This document shows positions 38,901 through 51,400 of a stretch of DNA of 64,000 nt, piece by piece; the stretch's first letter is position 1; each line of letters starts with the position of its first letter. A model generated the notes under the pieces. That model worked only from the letters and a program-made list of their open reading frames with translations, searched no databases and was not told the origin of the DNA. The stretch comes from Ascidiella aspersa (lineage: Eukaryota), in NCBI GenBank assembly GCA_963924565.1, contig OZ004608.1, forward strand, positions 29,574,001-29,638,000, given 5' to 3'. The position numbers and the translations under genes were made by a program.

Positions 38901-40775
38901 GTCCTATCAATGAAAACCAAAACAGCTTTGGTGGTATTTCTTTTATCTTCCCCGACGTTACGGCGTACTATTCAAGATGCTTCTGGGCAAATATAGTTAC
39001 AGAGTATACAGACAACGTATAAAAGTTTATGTATTTCAGCCAACTTTAATTGTTTGTTATAAATTGCACATTAATGTTATGATTTAGCACATCCAGTGAC
39101 GCGGGATTATCACAGTTTAAAAATTATATTTCCTAAATCTGGAAATCAAAGGTTAACGATTTTTTGTTGATTCGAACGACTGAACCCGGGCTTGACTTGG
39201 TATAACCACTCTATATATAGACTTGGTATAACCACTCAGTATTTTATTCTTTGACTTGATACTGACTGGTCTGCACTTCAACTTTGCTTACTTTACCAGG
39301 ACTTGTTTACGACACTGATTGTCATAAAAAAATGACGGTCCAGCGGGATGTAAATTTGGCAGCAATCGCATCTTTTAATGTGTTGATCAAAATCTCTACG
39401 CGACAGCAAGACGATACAGAATGCAAGAGCGACAGAAACGCCTGGACAAAGAGAAAGTAAAGCGACGAATTGTTTTGCTGTTTAGGTTATTAGTGCAGGA
39501 TGTCCGATATGAGTTTAAACATTTAGGTACGTGCATGCAATTTTTAAAAAGAGGTATAGGAGTCAATTGACCTGGAGTTTATTAAAGGGCCACAAGCCTT
39601 TTCGGGTGCTTGAAAAATGTTTTAATTAAGTTAAAAATTGCAATTTTTTGCGCTTAAGCGATGGAGTCTGATGGCAATATTAGTCGCATAATAAAAATAC
39701 GACAGGTGATTGTAACGTATGTCTAAATGATAAACATTAATGGAAGGCCTAAAGTTTAGAATTTTTTCTGGGTAAGTGTTTAGGTAACGGGCATGCATAC
39801 TTTTTGACACCAAATCGGATTGAGCTCTAGTTGTCGGACACCACAACAAAAAAAAGGTGCAATAGAAATGTTATTGAAAAAGATCGCAAATTATCGCTAA
39901 TGCCAACGCGTCAGTCAAGTTTCCATACATGTATAATGTAGCAATAAATAAATCAGAAATGTGCACTAGAAAAACGAAAACAACCAACAGCGACATTTTT
40001 AAATATATTTATATAGATATATAATAGTGTGTGAAAAAATAAAAAAACAAGTCGGTGGGCTCCAAAACACATTCAACTGTATATATAAACATATATATAT
40101 ACTGTATAACGGATATTTCGAGTTGGGTGTAAATCGAACGAACGATAATAATAGGCGGTAACGTGTTTTATGTGGAATCAAAATTGGGCGCAGCGAAAAT
40201 TTGACGCAAAAGGACCGAAAATGCACACAGTGACGACAACTGGAAAGGAAAAGACAGGAAAGGCGACGACTACAACCTAAAAAGGACGCGTTCCCCCAAT
40301 GGCATTTGCCATCTGGAGAAATTTTTAAGCGACCAACGTTTGTTAAAGCTACAGGCGGTTGCTAAGTTTTTTTATGACGTAGCTGCTACGACAAAGTTGA
40401 TCAAGCAAACGCAGCAAATGATTTGCGCACGAAATAATGTGGTTTAAGTCGGGCATTGTTAGGGTTTGCTGATACAGCTCAAATTGTGGGCAGTTAGTGC
40501 GCCAAACACAAAAAGGAAGGGCAATGAACGCGTGTTTTTCAACGGTTATACATCCTAGCAGCGTTTTGGACAGAAAGCAGCGATAGAAAACGAATTGCGA
40601 TCCCGCGTTTTACAGTCAGTGTGGTACGCGCGCCTGTAAATCTGGCGATAATCGGTAAATCTGTGACGTCTATAAAGGCTGGACGACTATGTTGTTTGTG
40701 CGAAAATACAAACGGATACAGGCGACACAGTATGACGAATCTTCGAAAAAAGAAGGCGGGGCAATTTCGCATGGC

Positions 40776-40776
<1 letters not shown>

Positions 40777-40806
<30 letters not shown>
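40777..40806 (+). repeat. T10-G20 homopolymer tract
   Basis: 20 consecutive G at 40787-40806, directly after a T run. Confidence 0.85.
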
Positions 40807-41384
40807 AGAGCGACCCACGACAACTCGGGTCGCAACGAATAAAGAGTCCATCGGTTTTAAAATTCCATCAAATCAGCCGCGAGCAAGCAAGCGAGCGTCA
40901 TTTGGCAGCCGGCTTTAAGCATATGCTTGCAGCATAGCAAATGGGGCGAATTTTAGCTGGACTTGCGTAAAAAACATCAACAAAGCAAATCTGTAGAAAA
41001 CCGTTTCGCGACCAGCCATTTTGAGCACCTTTATTGTTTGTTTTTTTCAGGGTAAAGCGGCTTGGCAAATAAGGCTTTCCCCGGCTTTTGACAAGCGCGT
41101 CAGGCCCATAGGAAAGGCCAAAGTGTCCAGATGGGCCTTCATTGCACCTGAGGAGCCAAATTTTAAAGGCTGTACGGAAAGCCGAAGGTGTAACGAGAAT
41201 CGAGAAAATCGTAAATCGTGGCAGGCGATACATTCGCTTGCAGAAAAAAAAAACGGGACTGTAAAATATGGTTCGATTTTACAGCAAAACAGAAAACGAC
41301 GGGAGAACGGGAAAAGATTTAAGCAGAACATACCTATAGCGGAATAACGACACACGAAAGCGTATTGAAAACGGCGCTGGTCAC

Positions 41385-41390
41385 TTTATT
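41385..41390 (-). terminator. Candidate polyadenylation signal (AATAAA) for the ceramidase
   Basis: TTTATT on plus, ~850 nt past the stop. Other candidates lie at 41524-41529 and ~41030. Confidence 0.3.
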
Positions 41391-42234
41391 GTTTTGTTAC
41401 TATTCTAGTTAACAGTAGAACGCCGATCTGAAGCGTCGAGAGAGACGTACAGCGAGAAAAAGGCGTGTGCCGCTGCGGACAAGGATTGTTTGTGATGCGA
41501 AAAGGGGTGAATAAGAAATTCGATTTATTAATGAGCGATCGTGTACCGCTGCCAAAAAATGAACTCGAATGGGATTTGTAGAAAAATGGTGCGTTACCGA
41601 GTTTCGGAAACGTTCATTGAAGCAATGGAGAGGAACAGAACTTTTTATTCGATAAATAGCGAAGAAATATTGCTGTTTAGGTCCCATAAGGCATTGATTA
41701 AGAAAGTGATTCGACTGTGTTAGCGAATATTGTAATCTGTAACTACTACATTTTACAAAAGCAGTTCTGTAGGACACTGTTTCGCATAGTACCCACCTAA
41801 TGATTAAACTTACTGGAACAATAAAAAATGGGCGATTTTCGTGTTGTATTTCCGACATTAAACTGCATTATTGCAATTACATTTTAACGGTGGATATTGG
41901 GGGTATTGAAACACAGTACAGGAAAATGGACACTGGTATTAATGATAAGACTAGTCTTGGTGTTGTGCGATTCGAGGTGTCTGGCGTAAATTAGTGCAAG
42001 GGCCAAACGCGGCCCCAAAACAGAAGCATAGAAAATCGTCTTCAAAAACTATCTTGGCTCAGTATTGCATTGCCGACATTTTACTGTGGAAATTTCGCCA
42101 GGGCTACGACAAAAAACTCAGGAAAAACAACTCAAGCAGCTACGCGACAGGTTAATGTGATCCTAGCTGTCATCCGTGCCTTGCCGCCGCTGGGGGGCGC
42201 AACCTGTCGAAGAGCGAAAGTCACCCGCTTGCCG

Positions 42235-42427
42235 TTAGGTGGCGCCGTCGGTCACGCGGAAAGCGTTCGACTTGCCAGTGTAGGAATACACGCGACGACT
42301 CCACAGCGCCTTGTAGTGACCGTGGTGGACGACACGGTAGCGGCCACTGGGGGTGCCAGAGGCAATGTGCCATTCCACAGTGGCTTCGCTGAGCGCCATT
42401 ATCGTGGAGGTTCGCTTCCAGATATAT
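42235..42427 (-). CDS. ASAH2: Neutral ceramidase exon 18 (terminal)
   Basis: tag|YIWKRTSTIMALSEATVEWHIASGTPSGRYRVVHHGHYKALWSRRVYSYTGKSNAFRVTDGAT*. Confidence 0.92.
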
Positions 42428-45400
42428 CTAAATAAAACAGTGGTATACCATTAGAATAGACAATTAATGGAAATTATGTTGCACGAGTTATTTTATGGTT
42501 TGTACGTGTATTGTTCTTTTTAGGCTTCATTTACAACTCTATATAACTTATATCGTTTTTTTTCTTCTGCACCCCATTTTTCGTCTTATATTTCTTATCT
42601 TATTACGTTTCTGTTGACACCTAATAATTAGTCACATTCGGCACTGGCACGGTTGTTGGTGGAACTGAGAAGAAAATAAAAGAAGTCGGGTTTTGGGTAG
42701 GCTATGGAAACAGTCGAAACGTTTTCAATTTTACCCTCTAGCCCTCTTTTTTAGACGTTGTCCGCTCGTTGTTATTTTACGCTTTCCATTGTTTGATTTA
42801 CGTTTCGTCTATATTTAATACAGCTTTAAGAAACTTCACGTAGCTCTTGGCATCTGAAAGGCCGTTAAGTAAGGCAATAGTAAATTGGTTTAAGAATTAT
42901 ATTTTTTTACAGGGAATAGATTATAAATAAAATGTGCCAATTTAAAGCGGGAGCTTGTATTTAATTTTTGACCAAACCTTGGGACCGTGGGACATCAAAA
43001 CTTCAGCCTTATTTAAATTATATATATATATGCTAACTGGTGTCCTTTTTATACCGGATTTAAAATAATTGCGCCTTAAATTATGCGAGTCCTCGAAAAA
43101 TGTGTTCTAAAGTGCAACAGCGTTATTTATCTCGAATTTAATCTGGCCGTGTACCTCAAACCTCAAACTCCGACAAAAACAGCAAATATTGGTAAAATGT
43201 ACAGTATATCGTTCACGGAGAAGTGTTGCTTCCAAATTCACGAGTTTCTTTTCAGCAAAAAAAACAAACATGACAACTACTATCAGCTATAGTAGATGGA
43301 TTGAACTCAATATGCAGTTCAGTGAGTTCTTACTTTGTGTCCCAGGAGGCATCGTTGTGCACAACTTTCCACTGGCCGTTTTCCAATTGGCGCTCAACGG
43401 TCAAGAACGTCATGTTAGCCTGCAATCAAACGTGACATACTGGTGATACGCTGTATTTGATGCTGAAAATTAGCATCTTGGCGCTGCAAAGCATTTTGTT
43501 ACAGTTATAGCTGATACATAACCTCTTCGCAGCGTAAATGTGCTGATTAACGTGTGCATAGTAGGGACGTCCGAAGCTTTTTTTATCCCGATACCGATAA
43601 CCGATATTTTGAATGCAAAGTATCGCGATCCGATCCGATCCCAAATGACGTCATTACTTTGCTCAAATGAGCTAATAAAGTATAATCGAAACGTTTAAAG
43701 GCATTTTCTTTCAGAGTATTAGGCCCAAACTTACTTTAGCGTTTAAGAAGTTTAGTTACCTCCAGTTGTTAACTTACTATTTTTCGATAAATTTGCCTTT
43801 CAAGATAGAATCGTTGCAATGGATCGCAAATCATCGCTCAAATTTATATATTTAGTATGAGATTGGCACCGAACCACCCTTGTATAGCACTAGTACCGAT
43901 ACCCCATTTAGCGTCTGGTATAGCCTTCCATTGGATATTATCGGATATCTAGTTTAGTATAGTTTCTTGTTTTGCGTCCTAGCCCAATGTTTTTTGTTTA
44001 AACTTACCGATGGACTGTTTCTGGGATTGGCTGCCACAAACTCCACCGACACTGTTTCGCCCTGCAAAACAAATATTATAATTGCAATAGATACCCGACT
44101 CATAATGTTTAAGCTAAACTGGACTCTTGCAACAAAGAGCTAGAGCCGAGATTACAGGCCGTCAATTTAACAGAGATTTTTCTTGGTATAGTTGCTTTTT
44201 TTCACATTACAGTTAGCAGGGTTTGCGTGAAGCTATAAAAAATGTTAAATACATGATCAGTTTTAGCATTCACGACCAAAAAGTTATTGTGTGCGTATTT
44301 GCTTGATAAACATGTAAACTTCGACATATAAAGGTTACTTTCGAAATACAAATTTTAAACAAATGTCAACGTTTTTTAAAATGTTTATTGTCACGATTAC
44401 TCGATTAGTCTATCTAGGTTTTTGAACAGCGCAAACTCAATGTTTTTTCCAAAACGATAGCACTGCATTTTCAGCAAGATGAATTTAACATAACCCTTTA
44501 CAGCGCAGGCGAGCCTCTTACCACTTTGTAGGAGTCCTTGGGCTGTACTATGACGTCACCCCTCGAGTATCCCCAACTGGTGCTGTCGTAAATGACGCCC
44601 GGAAGAAATGACATTAGGTCGCTCTTGATGTCCTTCGCCTCCGTTTCGTGATTCAGCGGTGTACCCTGGTCGAAAAAAATGCGTGAAATTGCGTTTCATA
44701 GCAGTAAGCTGCTTTCAGTTTAATAGTAGGAAATGTTTACTGTGTATTTTTTTCACAACTTTCGGGGTCGCGTCCCCCATTTATCAAAACTCTCAACCCC
44801 TGTTACCTAGCCACAGAGCCAACGGTCTTTCATTTTGACCATTTAAAAAGGATTTTACGTGTTAAGATCGTAGTGCTAAAATTACCCCTAGGGGTTATTT
44901 CTTATCGCGTGGTATCAGCTAAAAATGACCCCTAGGGGTTACAATAGGGTAAAAATTCGGTGGCAACACGCGATAAGAAAAAAGTATTAGAAATGTTCCC
45001 ACCCTTTAAACGATAAACCACGACTGCGTCGGTTTATTTATAAAAAAGAAACGTATAGTCACTCGTTTAAGTCAAATCTAAAAAAAGACAAATAAACGAT
45101 TCAAACTTGATTTTCAGATAAAGATAAAACTAAACATTCTTGCGCCTGACACTTAACTCACCTTGGATGCGGCCCTGGCCAGTTTCTTGTACTGCTGCAC
45201 GTAAGCCTGGAGAGTGTGGGGACCGTATATGGTCGAAGCACCTTCGTATCGTTGTACCTGGCAATAGGAGAAGGCAATATTTTTACACATACTTTTAAAG
45301 CATAATGGTCGGAGGTTGTACTAAGACGAAGTAAGAACATGAAATCCTATACAGAAAGAGGTAGCATTTTGAACATTTCGAATATCTCTTCATTCATTTT

Positions 45401-48400
45401 CAACAAGATGCTCACATTTTAACATGATGTTTAAAATAATTAAACAGAAATTTGAAACGTTCAAAAAACTACCTATTTTTGTATGGACTTTAATATTTTT
45501 ACGCATACCGTTGTTGACAAATCATAGGACAATATTTTAATTGATGCATTGTTTTGCACTTAATTTTTTGCTGCAAAAATTACACCTCTGCTGCCACAGA
45601 GATCGCCAAGGTAAAAACAGTTTTTGTTTTACTTGAATGATGAAAATGCAATCAATGCCAGCATAATTTATGGTGTTAGGTATTCTTTTTTTATTTAGCT
45701 TTACATTTTATGTCACAAAGCTTGTCGAAATCGTAAAACTCAAAACAGTGAACATACGTTTTCGAAGAAATCAAGCAGGCTAATACTTTATCGTTAATCT
45801 ATGCAAATTATTTTCAGAGGCCTGTCAACAGATTTAGCGATAAGGTATATAAAATAAGGATACGCGAAAAAGAGTTTTAAGATATGCTTGACAAAATGTA
45901 TACCGCCCGAAAAAAAAAAAAAATGATTTGCTTAATTTGCGATTGCGAGCAAGTATGTACAAATGCCGTCTTAAACTCACGTGATATTCCTCAAATGTTG
46001 CGATGTAGTCGGAGTAGGTGTTGGACAGACCGGCGATCACGGCTTCGAACTTCTCGTGCGGGTAAAGCTCGGCGTATGTCTGCGCAGAAAAAAATTGGAA
46101 ACATTTGTTCTGGTATAGTCGAACAAGTTTTTGATCGAGTTTTTTTAAAGTTAAATCTTTATTTATTTTATAGTAAGGGGGGCATGGAGCAGTCTTCAGG
46201 GGACCACAAGCATTCATTATTTAAAGTATTAGCCAGTTAAACTAGAACATTGGGTTTTCATAGTTACTTCAGAGCAAAACATCGCCACACGGTTCGTTTA
46301 TTTAGTTAAAGTTTGTTATTAAAGAGGTATTAATACTTGCAATAAAAAAGCTAGCGCAAAGCAGTAAGCACCTTTATTACTTAACGTGCCAAAACTTCTA
46401 TTTTCGAGGGTGTGATGAAAGTTATATAATTGTCAAAATGTCCAAGCTCACCTGCAAGACAGCGTCCTTGATTCTTCGGCCGGACATCGTCGTAAATTCT
46501 CCCGGAAGTGCGGCGATGACCAGCTGACCGATCCGGATCAGTTGGGTGTCGACCACTTCCGGTTGCCACTCGTACGGCGAGTTCATCTAAGCGAGTGAAA
46601 AACGGGTTCACATCTATACTTTAAATGGGTCCAGCTATATTTTCCTACTAGGCCGAGTACCAAAAACTCAATCGGTTGCGAACTATAACATGATTTTCCA
46701 TGTTTTTTGTAATTTTTTATGGGACGATTAAAAGCGAATTGTTATCACGTTACTTTTAAGTAAAAAAATTCCGCAAAATTTTCGACTATTTTATTGCTTT
46801 AGTATTGGCCGAGTTCAAATACTCGTGATGCTTGTGGCAAGAATGCGTACGAATAAACGTGGGTCGCGGGAGTACGGTCAATACTCGTGCAAATCCTTTG
46901 TACTTACTCATGGTCTCGTTCGAATTGCGGAAAACTAGGTACCTATAGTCAGGGCCGGATTAAGTGTATTGTAGTCCTAAGGCTGTTTACTAGAGAAGGG
47001 TCTAATTAGACAGCATACATGAAACGTTTTATTTATCTATACTCACATACAAAGCACATATTGACTCGAATCAGGCATTCGTTTTTAAGTAAAAACTGTA
47101 GCCTACTGTACTGGCACTGGGTCTGTATCACTATCAGGCTTACAAAATTAAACTTAAAAAGAGATTGAGGCCCAACTTTTTTCAGGGGATAAGGCTGGAG
47201 CCTTAGTAGCTTAATGGTTAATCCGGCACTGCCTATAGTCACCCTCGAGTCGCGTACGTACGATTTTCACGTGGAGTTTTAAGTACTTATGATAATCGTT
47301 TCGGACAAACACAGACAACAATTGTGTCAAGTCTGGGTACTGTTCATATTTTAGCCGAACCAAGTCAAAATACTGGCGATAAACGTGCAGAGTCCGCCCA
47401 TAGTCACATCCCTACAAAAAAAACTGAATGCAGTGAACATACTAAATCCTCGCGCATCTTAGCAAATTAACGCCTCCTCCCCCCAAAATAAATATAAAAT
47501 AAAAAATAAAATAAATCTTCTTCTTACCTCGCCGGTGTCGACCAGGATCGGCTTGGGGGCGTGGCACTCCTTCTGCGCTTGTGAGGGCGTGTGCAGAAAG
47601 TTGCGCACCACAGTCCAGAACTTGTTGCCGGTCTTGTCGCCCTGTCGGAAGTCGAAGGCGCCGGGCCCGTCGGTCGTGCCGGCCGCGAAACTGAAACCCA
47701 TGGCCGGCTTGCACGTCTTGGCCGTGTGCGACGAATTCAAGTGGACCGTCTGGTTGGTCATGTCGATGTACTGGTGTACCACTTGTACCGGGCCTTTGAG
47801 AAGGTCGCGTGCGTTTTTGTAGAGCTCCTGCGAGGAATTGGGAACGATTGGTGAGTTTAGGGTTGTTTTGTGTTCGTCGATGGTGTGTGTACTGCTTTTT
47901 CTGAGCACTGTTCTGTGTCTTAGATGAAGCGGCTGATTTGTACCAACGAGTTCATTGATCCCTTAATAATTTTTTTTAAGTTTGTTCATCCCAGTTTATT
48001 CATTCCACTCGTTTCATTTAAATTTGTGCAAGTTTTGAGTATGTTTGTTCTAAGGGTTCATTTATCCATGTGCAAAATTTCGAGTTAACTTATCCTTGTG
48101 TACAAGTTTTAATTTCGTTTATCCTACGATTTTTTTTATCCTTGCATGAATTTTTGTCTTCATCTTCTTATTTAGGTTTGGTCAGTTGGGTAATTTTACT
48201 TTTATAAAAAAAAGTAATTTGACCATTATAAAATATTTAATTTGACCATTGGGTCATTGAGTGAGTTTACAGTTTTATACGAATAGGTCAATTCAAAAAC
48301 GTACATTCCATGTGAATGTTTCGTATTTTTGAACTGAATTTTCGGCTGCTTTTTTATTGCTTGGCAGCGGAAACCGACAGGATAAGTCCAATCCCCAAGG

Positions 48401-51400
48401 AGCTTTCAGTCACGTAAAACCACTGGGCGGTGTCACCATTTTAAATGTAATTAAAATACAGATGGATTCCCAGAAGAGGGGTGCTAGTGTCAATAAAAAA
48501 GGCTTAAATTTAATATATAAAAATAAACTGTCAAACAAACGTTCTAAAATCTAGAGTGAAAAGACATATGCTCAGGTAAGGAGCTTTATTTTCCGACATA
48601 TAACAAATCTAAATATGGTAAATCTTGTTAGCTACAAATACAATATTGGGATCGGAAGTAAATTTTAAGACTATAAGAACATCACTTTTATTTAAGTGAT
48701 AAAATGATAAGTGTTTTATCGTCAACACGTTTAATTTCATTAAATTTTCCTTTAATTTACCTAAAATCGTCGTTAAACAGGTTCCTAGTGTTAGCTTACT
48801 GCTTAGCATTAAAAACATCAAGAACATTTTATTGATATTAAACTTGTTGACGATAGAACACTCGATACTTTATAATTTGATAAACTCAGGTTTTTGTGTT
48901 TAGATTTTAAAAGGATTGCGGCTTACCATCGCTTTGTCGAACTGGTTTCTGCCGATGATTTCGGTGCTTTCGAACATGTCTTTGCCCGGTCCCGAAGCGA
49001 TGCAGTTCTGTACCTTCCCGTTGCAAGTGCTGTGCACGTGGTCGCAAGGTTCGCCTGCGTGAAGGCAAAAGTAACTTGCTGAGTGGCGATCTAGCGTTTA
49101 TAAGTGGTGATTAACAATGCCGTATAATCGCATTTTGTTCTGTGGTACTGTTAAGATTAACAGTTAGCTTACAAAACCGCATTTTTATGTAAGTGCTTTA
49201 TGACCGATTTAATTTTGTAATCAATCTATGACCTGCGGTCAAAGGTCACCTAGCACATGGTGCCTTGACATTGTAAGAGTCCTTACTGCAGTTGGTGTTA
49301 CTACCTTGTAGCGGTAGGAGCTCATATTGTTAGTTACTTGTAAGCGTTTGGCAATGATGTTTAACTTACTGATTCTGTTTCTGTGTTATTAACATTGTTT
49401 TGTATTGATTCATTCGAAATAAGGAATCCACTTGTTTAGGCCTTCGTGTGTTTTAATAAATTGCTGTACGTGTACACTGATAAAGACTTCAGTATCGGAT
49501 CGGATCCATTAGTTTTCAGCACGATAAAGGCGAGCAAAAATGATAAGTTTATAAATAAAAGTAATTTTAGAGCGTAATGGTTGGAGGCCGTAGTAAGACG
49601 TGATAAGAATATCAAGGCCCATACAGGAAGGTAATTTGATATCCTATAAAAAGCCAATTATGAGTCAGTAAATTGTTAACGCAGCATTTTTCAGTTTCTG
49701 TTGTGTTTATTTATCTTGATAATGAAGTTATTGTTAACAGACGGGACTTTTACCCTAGATATAGGATATTAGTATCGGACTTCAACAATAAGTTTTTGAA
49801 CAACCCCGGTAATTATTATCTATTCACTGGTGGAATAGGTGCTTTGAGATTATATTTAATGCCTTTACCTATAACTGTGCTTTTTAAACGAATTACAAAT
49901 AACAAGTGTTTTGAGCGATTAACTCTCTCCAGACATGTGCTGGCAGACCACCACAGTAATCATTATAATTGACTGTTGAAATTAGTTTACCTTGAGATTA
50001 GCAATCCAATACTTATGTTGCCTATATAGCTGTGTTTTCAAACAAATTACAAATAACAAGCGTTTCAAGCGATTAAGTCTCTTCACACATGTGCTGACCG
50101 CTTTCAATATACAAAACCTACCGGTGTCTATGCAGTGGGATGCTGATTACTTAGGTTAACTATAGCTGTGTTTTTCAAACAAATTACAAATAACAAGCGT
50201 TTCAAGCGATTAAGTCTCTTCACACATTTGCCAGCCACTTTAGATTTACCAAACCTACCTGTGTCGATGCAGTGGGGGCCCCTGGTGTTGGGGGAAACGT
50301 CTCCCTCGTTGCTTTGGGCGAAGGCGGCCACGAAATCGCTGTGGCCGGGAAGCGAACCCGGGTCCAACGCCTCCTCGAACAGCAGCTCGGCGTAACCTGC
50401 GCGATTTAAGAGTTGAAGTCTGTTTTGTTCGCGTGTATTGTGATTGATTTGGTTAATCGCAGCTCGAACGCAATAGTGAAATCTGAACTGTGGATTCGGA
50501 GCTGGATTTGGGACTCAACGGATCCGTTTTTTTGTCTTTCTTTTTTTTGACTTGACACTCGGCACTCGAGTAAGACTCGGTACTCGACTAATACTCGCGA
50601 CTCCGTACTTGACTAAGGCTCGGCACTCGACGGATTCGTTTTTTTGCCTAGAGTACGACTTGGCAATCAACACTTGAGTAAGACTCGGTACTCGGCTGAG
50701 AATTGCGACTCGGCACTCGACACTCGAGTAAGATTAGAGTCCCAAGTTCGACTTACGCCGTAGCAAGTTCCGAACCTGTAACACTGTTAAGCGTAATGGT
50801 AGGATAGCATTTCTCTTATAACATTTTGTGGGGGGGGGTGAGTTTTATGACACCAAATACTAGTGGATTTCTGTATATCCACCACCCTGTGAGCAACTGG
50901 GGTAAATATGTTAGTTATCTATTTTATTATTTAGTTGGTTATCGATTTATAAACATATAACATGGAATACTTTTCATTTTATTACAAAAAGGAAAGGTAC
51001 TATAGTATATTCAGTTTGCGGCTACTATGTGGTTAACGTAAGTCATTTGGGTTCAAATGCCATACAATCACAGTATTGTTTCGTTTTTAGTAAAACAGGG
51101 CTTACATAGGGGCCTTTATCAGAAAACAGAACTTGTCGTCACTTGAAAAGGGCAAACAACCTCTGCCGTGAAGAGTAGCGCAAGGCAAGAGTGCATTGCT
51201 TGGGTTTAAAATAGACGGCAGTGAACCTCAGGTAGTAAGCCGCATATACTCAGCTACACGCATCACGCTAACTGATACTCTACACACAGAGAGATCCCCG
51301 GGGAGAAGAGAATACGGTTTGGCGGCCTTCGTAACATTGGCGCAAGCTCTGTGGTTGGTTTAGAACTGAACACGCCTACGTGCGAGGCAATGAACTTCGG

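Noticed and set aside
40539-42070. Cluster of 70-150 aa ORFs on both strands
   Set aside because: No recognisable domains or splice structure; the region is consistent with 3' UTR/promoter sequence.
42070-42435. Plus-strand 121-aa ORF and similar antisense ORFs (47535-47854, 2187-2390, 24097-24336)
   Set aside because: Antisense shadows of GC3-rich coding exons.
47940-48180. Degenerate TTATCC-containing repeats (also ~52640-53030)
   Set aside because: Old decayed minisatellites with no reliable unit and no further signal.
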